Shown one piece after another: positions 26,194 to 35,013 of a DNA stretch of 64,000 bases; positions within the stretch are counted from its first letter, which is position 1; each line of letters opens with the position of its first letter. The DNA is from Acutalibacteraceae bacterium. GTDB lineage: Bacteria > Bacillota > Clostridia > Oscillospirales > Acutalibacteraceae. The DNA lies in NCBI GenBank assembly GCA_045541495.1, contig JAZQJE010000031.1:4029-68028 (forward strand), read 5' to 3'. The notes under the pieces are model-generated. The model ran no database searches. It was not told the origin of the DNA and was given only the letters and a program-made list of their open reading frames with translations. Position numbers and translations under genes: made by a program.

Positions 26194-27246
26194 ATGAAGG
26201 ACGTTTTATGTGTTGTCTGTTGTGTAATGTTGTGCCTTGTGTTATGCTCCTGCATGGCAGCACCTGCCGAAACTCCACAGACAACAAGAAGTACCACCAC
26301 ATCTATCATCACCACTACCACATCCTTTGGGGGAACATCCGCAACCGAGCAAACAACGACAAGCGACATCCCGACCACGGTGACGACCACAAGGAGGAAC
26401 CCCACGACCACCCACCGTCCCACGACCACCGTTTTGCCCACAACGGAACAGACATCCACCATTACCCCAACGAACCCCACTAAAAATCCCTTAAAACCGT
26501 TTACATATACCGTGAAGGATCCCGACAACAAACGGGGATTGTCTACTAAGAAATACGGGTTTTCTTTCGGCGTGGGGCAAAATGGTGAACCGCCTGCCCA
26601 ATCCGTTGCCAATCAACACACTTTTGATGGGTTTGACAACGTGTCCGCCTTGGCATTGGATCTGCAAACTGACCAAAAGGTTATGTATTTAACCTTTGAC
26701 AACGGGTACGAGTATCACAATCTTACGGCAGATATACTGGATACTTTAAAACAAAAAAACGTAAAAGCGGCGTTTTTTGTCACACTCAGTTATGTAAAGG
26801 GAAACAAAGCGTTGGTAAAACGTATGATCGACGAGGGGCACATCGTAGGAAATCACAGTACCACCCACCCCTCCTTTCCCAAACTCACACGAACGCAAAT
26901 GGCAAAGGAAATCGCACAGTTGGACAATTATTTACGGGAACACTTTTCGTATACCAGTCCTTATTTTCGGTTTCCTGCAGGGGAATATTCGGAAAATGCG
27001 TTGGAATTGGTGACATCCCTTGGCTATCATGGGGTATTTTGGTCCCTTGCTCATGCCGATTGGGACACCTCGACACAACAAGGCGCCAAGCACGCGTATG
27101 ATACCGTCACCTCGCGGTTTCATTCGGGGGCGGTGATCTTGCTTCATGCCGTATCACAGGATAACGCACAAGCACTGGGCGATATCATCGACACGGCCAT
27201 TGACGAAGGATATACCTTTGACACGTTAGATGAATACTTTCAATAA
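26194..27246 (+). CDS. secreted/lipoprotein-like polysaccharide deacetylase (NodB/CE4) with Thr/Pro-rich linker
   Basis: AAGGAG RBS lies 7 nt before the ATG at 26194. Cys-rich signal peptide MKDVLCVVCCVMLCLVLCSC, an approximately 70-aa T/P-rich low-complexity linker, then NodB motifs LTFDNGY, GNHSTTHP and LLHA. Confidence 0.85.
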   Translation: MKDVLCVVCCVMLCLVLCSCMAAPAETPQTTRSTTTSIITTTTSFGGTSATEQTTTSDIPTTVTTTRRNPTTTHRPTTTVLPTTEQTSTITPTNPTKNPLKPFTYTVKDPDNKRGLSTKKYGFSFGVGQNGEPPAQSVANQHTFDGFDNVSALALDLQTDQKVMYLTFDNGYEYHNLTADILDTLKQKNVKAAFFVTLSYVKGNKALVKRMIDEGHIVGNHSTTHPSFPKLTRTQMAKEIAQLDNYLREHFSYTSPYFRFPAGEYSENALELVTSLGYHGVFWSLAHADWDTSTQQGAKHAYDTVTSRFHSGAVILLHAVSQDNAQALGDIIDTAIDEGYTFDTLDEYFQ

Positions 27247-27247
27247 G

Positions 27248-27285
27248 AAATGATCCCTTTCGGAGTTTTCCGAAAGGGATCATTT
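27248..27285. terminator. bidirectional terminator between the deacetylase and the SorC regulator
   Basis: 17-bp perfect hairpin AAATGATCCCTTTCGGA-gttt-TCCGAAAGGGATCATTT between convergent stops. Confidence 0.8.
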
Positions 27286-27287
27286 CG

Positions 27288-28214
27288 TTATCGGCAATCC
27301 AACACTTGTTTTGCCGTGTATTCGTCGGTGATGAAGGTGTCGATCAAGTTAGTGCGTAACGCGCCCGCAATGGCGCGCACCTTATCGTCGCCGCAAGCGA
27401 CGGCAATGGTTTGTTTCGCCTGCCGAATATCCTCGGCAGAAGCGCACAAGGTATTTTCATACAGGTCTACGAACTCGCCGTTTTCGGTGAAAAAATGGGT
27501 AGCCACGTCGCCGATCACGGCGGAACGCTTGTCGCTGTATCCAAAAGTTTTGCCGAAGATCTCCAACACATCGGTGTTGCCGATTCCCACCACCGCCACA
27601 TCGGCGGTGCTCCACAATTGCTGGATCTTTTTATAATACGACAAGGTCTTCAGCAACACGCAATCGTTGGCCGTATCCGCCAAATAGGGGAACCACGCGT
27701 ATTTGACGGCGGCACCGATCTTATCCGCCAATTCCCGCGCCAATTCGTTGGAAGAAAAATACGCATTTTCATTATCGGTGGCGCCGAACAGGGGAAACAC
27801 CGTGTTGCCCGTGGTGTCCATGTGAGGCATGACGTGGATCAGTTCCTGAATGGTCCTGCCCCACGAAAGGGCCACTTTTTGCCCGCCTTGTTCCAACAAC
27901 GGAAGTAAATAATTCACCGCGGCTTTCACGGTCATGAGGCGGCGCATAGACTCGTTTTGGCTACTGACCCCGCTCACCACACAGCGGTTGATTCCAAACG
28001 CTTGACACAGCTGTCGTTCCAGTTCTTCACAATCTTTTTGAGGATTGTGAATGGTGATCTCCACAATATTCTCTTTGATAGCGTCGTTTAGCAGTTTGGA
28101 GACCGTTTGTCGGGAAAGACCCATGCAATCGGCAATCTCCTGCTGGGTATACTTTTTCTCGTAATACAGGGTCGCCGCTTCCGACATCATGATTTTCTCA
28201 TCACGGATCTTCAT
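27288..28214 (-). CDS. SorC/DeoR-type sugar-binding transcriptional regulator
   Basis: N-terminal HTH (YTQQEIADCMGLSRQTVSKLL) plus a C-terminal SorC sugar-phosphate-binding domain (VALSWGRT...VGIGN). It is divergent from the sugar operon. Confidence 0.85.
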   Translation of the reverse strand: MKIRDEKIMMSEAATLYYEKKYTQQEIADCMGLSRQTVSKLLNDAIKENIVEITIHNPQKDCEELERQLCQAFGINRCVVSGVSSQNESMRRLMTVKAAVNYLLPLLEQGGQKVALSWGRTIQELIHVMPHMDTTGNTVFPLFGATDNENAYFSSNELARELADKIGAAVKYAWFPYLADTANDCVLLKTLSYYKKIQQLWSTADVAVVGIGNTDVLEIFGKTFGYSDKRSAVIGDVATHFFTENGEFVDLYENTLCASAEDIRQAKQTIAVACGDDKVRAIAGALRTNLIDTFITDEYTAKQVLDCR

Positions 28215-28282
28215 GTTCTCACCTTCTGTCTGCGTATTTTATCACGATTCCGCCTTTCTGTCAATCATTTTAACATTTGTAT

Positions 28283-28311
28283 TTGACATTTGTTAATTGC
28301 GGTGGTATAAT
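28283..28311 (+). promoter_or_regulatory. consensus promoter of the aldolase-dehydrogenase-kinase operon
   Basis: TTGACA (28283-28288), 17 nt spacer, TATAAT (28306-28311). It overlaps the direct repeats AACATTTGT / GACATTTGT. Confidence 0.6.
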
Positions 28312-28341
28312 GATTATATTCTAAAAGAGGAGTTGCGTATT

Positions 28342-29211
28342 ATGTTAGTTTCCATGAAAGAGATGCTGGAGGACGCTCGTCAAAACCACTATGCGATCCC
28401 CGCCTTTGATGTCAGTAACTATGAAATGATGAAAGCGGTATTGGAAGCGTGTGAAGAAGAACGCTCCCCCGCTTTGTTGATGGGACTCGGTGTGGATCTG
28501 GTAGGCAAAGGGTTGCCACTCATAACCGCCATGGTTCGTGAGGCTTCCAACCATTTTTCCATCCCCGTTTGTTTCCATTTGGACCACGCCACGGACTTAG
28601 AATTCATCAAAGCCGCCTGCAACGCGGGATTCAGTTCGGTGATGTATGACGGTTCTTCTCTGCCCTTTGAAGAAAATGCCCGCAAGACGTTGGAAGTAGT
28701 GCAATACGCCCATTCCATCGGTGCCACCGTGGAAGCGGAGCTGGGCCACGTGGGCAATGCCATGGTAGGTAACGAGAAAGAGACCGTACAGGACGAAGAT
28801 CCCGAAGACACCCTCACCGTGCCGGAAGAAGTGGTAAAATTCGTGGAGATCACCGATGTGGATGCCTTAGCCATCGCCATCGGCACCGCTCACGGCGTGT
28901 ATAAGAAGACCCCCACCCTGCGTATCGACCGTTTGGACGAGATCACAGCGGTGTGCGATCGCCCGCTGGTATTGCACGGCGGCAGCGGAACGCCCGATGA
29001 GCAAATGCAAAACGCCATCAAACACGGTATCACCAAGATCAACATTTATTCCGACGTGGTCGGTGCTATGAACGCGGGTTTGAAAGCCAAGTTGAACACC
29101 ATTGAAAACCCCTCGACTTGGCCGGTATTTGTCTTTGAAGATGCCCGCAATCTGATGAAAGAGGTCGTTCGCAACAAGGTGAGAACCTTCGGCAGCGCCA
29201 ACAGAGTATAA
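28342..29211 (+). CDS. class II ketose-bisphosphate aldolase (FBA/tagatose-bisphosphate aldolase family)
   Basis: MLVSMKEMLEDARQNHYAIPAFDVSNYE N-terminus, with HLDH, EAELG and LVLHGGSG motifs of the class II aldolases. GAGGAG RBS lies before the ATG at 28342. Confidence 0.85.
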   Translation: MLVSMKEMLEDARQNHYAIPAFDVSNYEMMKAVLEACEEERSPALLMGLGVDLVGKGLPLITAMVREASNHFSIPVCFHLDHATDLEFIKAACNAGFSSVMYDGSSLPFEENARKTLEVVQYAHSIGATVEAELGHVGNAMVGNEKETVQDEDPEDTLTVPEEVVKFVEITDVDALAIAIGTAHGVYKKTPTLRIDRLDEITAVCDRPLVLHGGSGTPDEQMQNAIKHGITKINIYSDVVGAMNAGLKAKLNTIENPSTWPVFVFEDARNLMKEVVRNKVRTFGSANRV

Positions 29212-29222
29212 GGAGATACACC

Positions 29223-30464
29223 ATGAAAACAAGAGCAGTCAGACTTTACGGAGAACTGGATCTCCGTTTGGAAGAATTCGAATTACCCCCGTTAAAAGAC
29301 GGCGAGATCTTAATTAAAGTGATCTCGGACAGTGTGTGCATGTCCACCTACAAAACCGCCAAGCAAGGCGCCAAACACATTCGCGTACCCGACAACGTGG
29401 CGGAACATCCCGTGATTGTAGGTCACGAATTCTGCGCCGAGGTGGTGGAAGTAACCGATAAATGGAAAGACCACTATCAAGTGGGTGACAAAGTGGTCAT
29501 CCCCCCTGTTCTTTCCTATTTGGGCGGTATGCAAACCATCGGCTATACCTTTGGGGAGATCGGCGGCCTGTCCACCTATTCCGTGGTTTACGATCATATC
29601 GTGGAAAACGGGTATTTGATCAAAATCGAAAGCGACGCTTTCTTCAGTGGCTCGCTCATTGAGCCCGCTTCTTGCGTCATTCGCGGTTACAAAGCCAACT
29701 TGCACTTGGACGGCGATCTCAACCCCTATACCAATATCAAGCCCGACGGCAAGGTGGCCATTTTGGCCGGTTGCGGTCCGATGGGTTTGGTGGCCATTGA
29801 TCTGGCTTTGCACGGTGCTGTGAAACCGTCCTTGGTAGTAGTGACCGATCTGGATAACCAACGGTTAGCACGGGCAAAACAGATCTTTGACCCCGACGAA
29901 GCGGCCAAAGACGGGATTCGGCTGATCTTCAGCAACGCGTCCGACAAAGAAGAATTATTGAGTTTTACAGACGGCAACGGTTATGACGATGTGTTCGTGT
30001 ACGCGCCCGTACCGGTGGTCGTAGAATTGGCCGATGCCATTCTCGGTTTTGACGGATGCTTGAACTTCTTTGCCGGCCCTATCGACAAAGGGTTCAGCGC
30101 TAACTTTAACTTTTATAACGTCCACTACGCGCAACATCACGTGGCAGGCACCAGCGGCAGTACCACCGAAGATATGCGGGACATCGTAGCACTGATCGGT
30201 GAAAAACGCATCGATCCCGCCGTTATGATCACCCACATCGGCGGCATCAACGCGGCTATCGATGCCACGCTTCATTTACCCGAAATTCCCGGCGGAAAGA
30301 AACTGATCTATACCCATATTGATCTACCCCTCACCGCCATTGCCGATTTTGAAACCTTAGGTGCGACGGACAGCCGTTTCCAAACGCTCCATGAACTCGT
30401 GACCAAAAACAACGGGTTATGGTGCGCCGAGGCGGAAGCCTATTTGTTGGCAAATTTTCAATAA
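29223..30464 (+). CDS. long (413 aa) zinc-type medium-chain dehydrogenase, sorbose-1-phosphate-reductase-like
   Basis: MDR N-terminus (SDSVCMSTYK, VGHEF) and Rossmann ILAGCGPMGL. The length and architecture resemble SorE-type sugar-phosphate reductases. That subfamily assignment is from memory and unverified. Confidence 0.6.
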   Translation: MKTRAVRLYGELDLRLEEFELPPLKDGEILIKVISDSVCMSTYKTAKQGAKHIRVPDNVAEHPVIVGHEFCAEVVEVTDKWKDHYQVGDKVVIPPVLSYLGGMQTIGYTFGEIGGLSTYSVVYDHIVENGYLIKIESDAFFSGSLIEPASCVIRGYKANLHLDGDLNPYTNIKPDGKVAILAGCGPMGLVAIDLALHGAVKPSLVVVTDLDNQRLARAKQIFDPDEAAKDGIRLIFSNASDKEELLSFTDGNGYDDVFVYAPVPVVVELADAILGFDGCLNFFAGPIDKGFSANFNFYNVHYAQHHVAGTSGSTTEDMRDIVALIGEKRIDPAVMITHIGGINAAIDATLHLPEIPGGKKLIYTHIDLPLTAIADFETLGATDSRFQTLHELVTKNNGLWCAEAEAYLLANFQ

Positions 30465-30530
30465 CACTTCAAGCGAACCGATGACTGACCCTCGTTAAGC
30501 CATCGGTTTGTTTGGTTAGGAGGACACATA

Positions 30531-32195
30531 ATGGCCAAATACGCAATCGGATTGGATTACGGCACCTTATCGGTGAGGGCATTACTCATCAATATTGCCA
30601 CGGGAGAAGAAGCGGGCGTCAGTGTTTTTGAGTATCCCCATGCGGTCATGGATACGCAACTGCCCACCGGCGAAAAGTTGCCCGTTAATTGGGCGTTGCA
30701 ACATCCGCAGGATTACCTGGACGGGTTGGCGACGGTCGTTAAAGACGTAGTAAACCACAGCGGCATCTCTCCCGAGGATGTTGTGGGAATCGGACTGGAT
30801 TTCACCTCATCGACCATTCTGCCCGTTTATGCAGACGGCACACCCCTTTGTTTGCACGAGGCATTTGCCAAAGAACCCCACGCTTATGTGAAATTGTGGA
30901 AACACCACGGCGGCGAAGCGGAAGCGGAGTTTATCACCAAGACCGCCGAGGAAATGGAAGAAGTTTGGTTTGACTTGTACGGGCGAAAAGTGTCCAGTGA
31001 ATGGATGTTGCCCAAAGTGTTGGAAACGTTGCGGTATGCACCGCAGGTGTATGAGACCGCCGACCGCTTTATTGAAGCCCTTGACTGGATCATTTGGAAC
31101 TTGACGGGTGAAGAGTCACGCAGTGTTTGCGGTTTGGGGTATAAAGCCATCTATCACCATGAAAGCGGATTCCCCACCAACGAGTTTTTCCGCGCGTTAG
31201 ATCCGCGTATGGAACATTTTATCGAAGAAAAGATCAAAGCCCCTATTAAGATCATCGGGGAACCGGCAGGATATCTGACAGAAGAAATGGCTCAGACCTT
31301 GGGCCTGGTTGCGGGTACACCGGTGGGCACGGGGATTATCGATGCTCACTCGTCCATTGCGGGTGCGGGAATTACGGGACCCGGACAACTGATGATCATT
31401 ATGGGCACGTCTGCCTGTCACCTGTTGCTTTCCAATAAAGAGGTGGGCATCCCCGGCATCGGGGTGATTGCCAAAGATGGTATGTTGCCCGGCTACTACG
31501 CCTATGAGGCAGGTCAGTGCTGTGTGGGCGATCTGTTTGCGTGGTTTACCCGCACCTGTATCCCCGAACAGTATGAGCAAGAAGCGAGGGAAAAACACAT
31601 CGGTATCCATCAATTGTTGGTGGAAAAACTGCAAGGTTACAAAGCGGGCCAAAGCGGATTGTTGGCGCTGGATTGGTTTAACGGCGTGCGTTCACCTCTA
31701 ATGGATTTCAACTTAAACGGACTGATCATGGGGATGAATCTTCTCACCAAACCGGAAGAACTATATTTGGCCTTGATCGAATCCACTGCCTACGGAACAA
31801 AACGTATCGTAGAAAAATTTGAAGAAGCGGGCATTGCCATTGATTCCGTGGTGTTGAGCGGCGGTATTCCCATGAAAAATCCTATGCTGGTACAGGTATA
31901 CACCGATATTCTGAACCGCGAAGTGAAAGTGTCAGAAACCACCCAAGCCTGCGCGTTCGGTGCTGCCATTCTTGGGGTGGCGGCCGCCCCTTCTTCTGTG
32001 ACGGGATATACGAGCGTAAACGAGATCGTAGCCAAGATCGGCCGATCCGGCGGTGAAACGTACTATCCCAACAAAGCGAACGTAGACGTGTATGAACGCC
32101 TGTATGCGGAATACAAAACCTTAAGTGAGTATTTCGGCGGAGAAGGCAACGACGTGATGAAACGGTTAAACCGCATCCGCGAAGAACAACAATAA
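30531..32195 (+). CDS. araB: FGGY-family pentulose kinase, ribulokinase-like
   Basis: MAKYAIGLDYGTLSVRALL...WALQHPQDY...KLWKHH closely follows the AraB ribulokinase pattern over 554 aa. Substrate is uncertain because araA and araD are absent. Confidence 0.75.
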   Translation: MAKYAIGLDYGTLSVRALLINIATGEEAGVSVFEYPHAVMDTQLPTGEKLPVNWALQHPQDYLDGLATVVKDVVNHSGISPEDVVGIGLDFTSSTILPVYADGTPLCLHEAFAKEPHAYVKLWKHHGGEAEAEFITKTAEEMEEVWFDLYGRKVSSEWMLPKVLETLRYAPQVYETADRFIEALDWIIWNLTGEESRSVCGLGYKAIYHHESGFPTNEFFRALDPRMEHFIEEKIKAPIKIIGEPAGYLTEEMAQTLGLVAGTPVGTGIIDAHSSIAGAGITGPGQLMIIMGTSACHLLLSNKEVGIPGIGVIAKDGMLPGYYAYEAGQCCVGDLFAWFTRTCIPEQYEQEAREKHIGIHQLLVEKLQGYKAGQSGLLALDWFNGVRSPLMDFNLNGLIMGMNLLTKPEELYLALIESTAYGTKRIVEKFEEAGIAIDSVVLSGGIPMKNPMLVQVYTDILNREVKVSETTQACAFGAAILGVAAAPSSVTGYTSVNEIVAKIGRSGGETYYPNKANVDVYERLYAEYKTLSEYFGGEGNDVMKRLNRIREEQQ

Positions 32196-32247
32196 CCCCC
32201 TTGTAAACAACAGTCCCGCGACCCGGTACAGGGCGAGAGGGACTGTT

Positions 32248-33729
32248 TTATTCGGTAGGAGGTAAACGATGGTAGAGTACGACATTTTCGCGGATGATGT
32301 CCGCTAGCCAATCGTTAATACAACCGTCGGCAATACGCCATACCCAGTTGTTACCCACTGTGGAGGGTTCGTTAATGCGGGCTTCACTGCCCAGCCCCAT
32401 AAAATCCGCCATCATGAAAATGACCGTATCCGCCACCGACATCATTGCGGTACGGATCATGGCCCAGTTAAACCCTTCCTCATCGTCCACATGGAGATAT
32501 CGCCGCGCTAACGCCACTTCATCGGGATCGGCGGTTTTGGTCCATCCCATAATGGTGTCGTTGTCGTGAGTGCCGGTGTATACCACACTGTTGACCACAT
32601 GATGATGCGGAAGATAGGCACTGTCGCTGCCATCAAAGGCGAATTGCAACACTTTCATGCCGGGAAATCCCGTCGCTTTAAGCAACTCTTGCACCGCGGG
32701 AGTGAGCAAGCCCAGATCTTCGGCGATGATGGGTAGATCGTTCCCCAGTGAAGCGGTCAACGCGTTAAACAGATCCATGCCGGGGCCTTTCACCCACCAT
32801 CCGTCACGGGCGGTCTCACTTTCAAAGGGAACAGCAAAAAAGGATTCGAAGCCGCGGAAATGGTCAATGCGCACCACATCGTATTGGCGCAACGCATAGG
32901 CGAGACGCCGTTTCCACCAACCGTAACCGTCGGCTTTCATATAGGCCCAATCGTACAGGGGGTTGCCCCACAACTGGCCATCCTCGGAAAAAGCATCGGG
33001 GGGAACGCCCGCTACCAGTTTCGGGCGAGCGTCTTCGTCCAATAAAAACTCCCGTGTATCCGCCCACACATCGGCACTGTCGTATGCCACATAAATGGGG
33101 ATATCCCCGATAATGCGAATGCCGTTTTCGTTGGCATAGGTCTTCAGTGCTTGCCATTGCACGGCGAACTCGTATTGTATAAAGCAGTAGAACGCGATGT
33201 CCGCCTCATAAACGGTTCGCGCCGCTTGTAGTGAAACAGCATCTCGCAGGCGGAGATCCTCGCCCCATTCCTCCCAACTGACGCCGCCGTTTGCGTCTTT
33301 TAATGCCATAAACAGAGCATAGTCGTTAAGCCAACCGCCGTTTTCTTCGCAAAAAGCGGTGTATGCGGCGGTTTCGTGAAAACGCGCGAAGGCGCGACGC
33401 AACAACGGCAACCGTTGTTCATATAATTTACCGTAATCCACCGTGTGGGGATCGTCGTCGAAATCACAGGCAGTGATTTCGGCCTCGGTCAACAACCCGT
33501 CCTGTACCAACAAGTCGAGATCGATGAAATAGGGATTACCCGCGAAAGCGGAAAAAGACTGATAAGGGGAATCACCGTATGAAGTAGAACCGAGGGGCAA
33601 GATCTGCCAATACCGCTGCCCTGCTTTTTTGAGAAAATCCACAAACTCATAGGCGTGTTTGCCAAAAGTACCGATCCCGTGAGGAGACGGCAAGGAAAAG
33701 ATGGGCATCAGTATGCCGCTGGCTCTCAT
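32248..33729 (-). CDS. malQ: 4-alpha-glucanotransferase (amylomaltase, GH77)
   Basis: N-terminus GILMPIFSLPSPHGIGTFG, then YWQILPLG, RIDHFRGF and IIAEDLG motifs of GH77. Confidence 0.93.
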   Translation of the reverse strand: MRASGILMPIFSLPSPHGIGTFGKHAYEFVDFLKKAGQRYWQILPLGSTSYGDSPYQSFSAFAGNPYFIDLDLLVQDGLLTEAEITACDFDDDPHTVDYGKLYEQRLPLLRRAFARFHETAAYTAFCEENGGWLNDYALFMALKDANGGVSWEEWGEDLRLRDAVSLQAARTVYEADIAFYCFIQYEFAVQWQALKTYANENGIRIIGDIPIYVAYDSADVWADTREFLLDEDARPKLVAGVPPDAFSEDGQLWGNPLYDWAYMKADGYGWWKRRLAYALRQYDVVRIDHFRGFESFFAVPFESETARDGWWVKGPGMDLFNALTASLGNDLPIIAEDLGLLTPAVQELLKATGFPGMKVLQFAFDGSDSAYLPHHHVVNSVVYTGTHDNDTIMGWTKTADPDEVALARRYLHVDDEEGFNWAMIRTAMMSVADTVIFMMADFMGLGSEARINEPSTVGNNWVWRIADGCINDWLADIIRENVVLYHRLPPTE

Positions 33730-33733
33730 ACAG

Positions 33734-34468
33734 TTACTCCCTTTCCATTTCGGGTTTAAAGGCAGGCATCAGTTGCAACTTAAACAGATTGCGCCGATGC
33801 AATCGATCGATCCGTTCTTTCACGGCGAGATCGTCGATCTCGCCGGTGCGGATATACCGATCTAGTTGCGCATAGGTAAAACCAAGATTTTCTTCGTCGG
33901 TCTTTCCGCACAAACCATCGATGGGTACTTTGTCCACCAAGATCGACGGCAATCCCAACACACGGCCGATCTCTTTCATTTCCGCTACCGTCAGGTTGGC
34001 GCAAGGACTGAAATCGCCTGCTGCATCACCGTAACGGGTGGAATAACCCACCCAATCTTCCGATAAATTACAGGTATTGGCCACCCGTCCGTTACAACTT
34101 TGGGACACGGCATATAACGCACTCATGCGGATACGGGGCGGCAGATTGACCTGCGCTTGCGCCGACAATTCCAGCGGCATGGCGGCTTTCAGACCGTCAA
34201 CCGCTCCTTTAATATTCACCACATAATGGCGAATACCCAAGTGTTCCACCAACAGTTGAGCCATGTCGATATCCTGTTGAACGCCGCAGGGCATCAACAC
34301 CCCGATCACTCGTTCCCGTCCCAGTGCTTCCACGCACAGAGCGGCAACGATGGAACTGTCTTTTCCGCCCGATATGCCCACGACGGCATTGCAATCGGGA
34401 CCGTTTTCTTCAAAGAACGCGCGAATCCATGCCACGCAATCGTTTTTTACTTGTTGTGCATGAAACAT
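33734..34468 (-). CDS. nadE: ammonia-dependent NAD+ synthetase
   Basis: PP-loop GISGGKDSS and a NadE-like C-terminus. 244 aa. Confidence 0.9.
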   Translation of the reverse strand: MFHAQQVKNDCVAWIRAFFEENGPDCNAVVGISGGKDSSIVAALCVEALGRERVIGVLMPCGVQQDIDMAQLLVEHLGIRHYVVNIKGAVDGLKAAMPLELSAQAQVNLPPRIRMSALYAVSQSCNGRVANTCNLSEDWVGYSTRYGDAAGDFSPCANLTVAEMKEIGRVLGLPSILVDKVPIDGLCGKTDEENLGFTYAQLDRYIRTGEIDDLAVKERIDRLHRRNLFKLQLMPAFKPEMERE

Positions 34469-34472
34469 GATA

Positions 34473-34997
34473 TTACCTCACCTCGATCTGACACATCGTC
34501 ATGGTAGTTAACGCCGCTTGATGGCTTTCGGGAGTGACACCGGCACAACAAGAAGCGTCAACGGCTATGGGCATTTCGGGGAAAGCCGCTTTCAAAAGCA
34601 ATGCGTTGGACACCACACAAATATCGGTGCAAAGGCCCACCAATTCCACCGAAAAGGGCTCTTCGTTGGCAACATCGGCGATCAGCCGCGGCAGGTCTAC
34701 AGAGCCGAAGGTCAATTTTTCCACCGCCGTATATGCGCGATCTTCCAGTGCCTTGGCGACCGTCGGATACAATTGCCATCCGTCTGTTCCTTTTATGCAA
34801 TGAGGAATCGGTAGGTGCCGCCCTTCGGCGGTGTCGCTGTATCCTTCAAAGTGAGTATCGTAGGTAACAATGATCTCGCCCGTAAAAGCACGAATCTTTT
34901 CCGCCACTCGCGGGGCGATCATAACAGCCTCGGGCGTTCCCAACGCACCGTCCACAAAGTCCCGCTGCATATCCACAACAATCAAAAATTGTTTCAT
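34473..34997 (-). CDS. pncA: isochorismatase-family hydrolase, probable nicotinamidase
   Basis: LIVVDMQRDFVDGALG and GLCTDICV catalytic Cys motifs. It is adjacent to nadE. The start at 34997 (MKQFLIVV) is chosen over 35033, which would overlap the upstream gene. Confidence 0.65.
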   Translation of the reverse strand: MKQFLIVVDMQRDFVDGALGTPEAVMIAPRVAEKIRAFTGEIIVTYDTHFEGYSDTAEGRHLPIPHCIKGTDGWQLYPTVAKALEDRAYTAVEKLTFGSVDLPRLIADVANEEPFSVELVGLCTDICVVSNALLLKAAFPEMPIAVDASCCAGVTPESHQAALTTMTMCQIEVR

Positions 34998-35013
34998 CCC
35001 GTTCACCACTTTC

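Noticed and set aside
26070-26612. 180-aa antisense ORF and apparent tandem repetition in 26270-26490 (possible repeat array or CRISPR)
   Set aside because: The repetitiveness comes from Thr/Pro codon runs in the sense-strand linker of the deacetylase. There are no regularly spaced identical repeats and no spacer structure.
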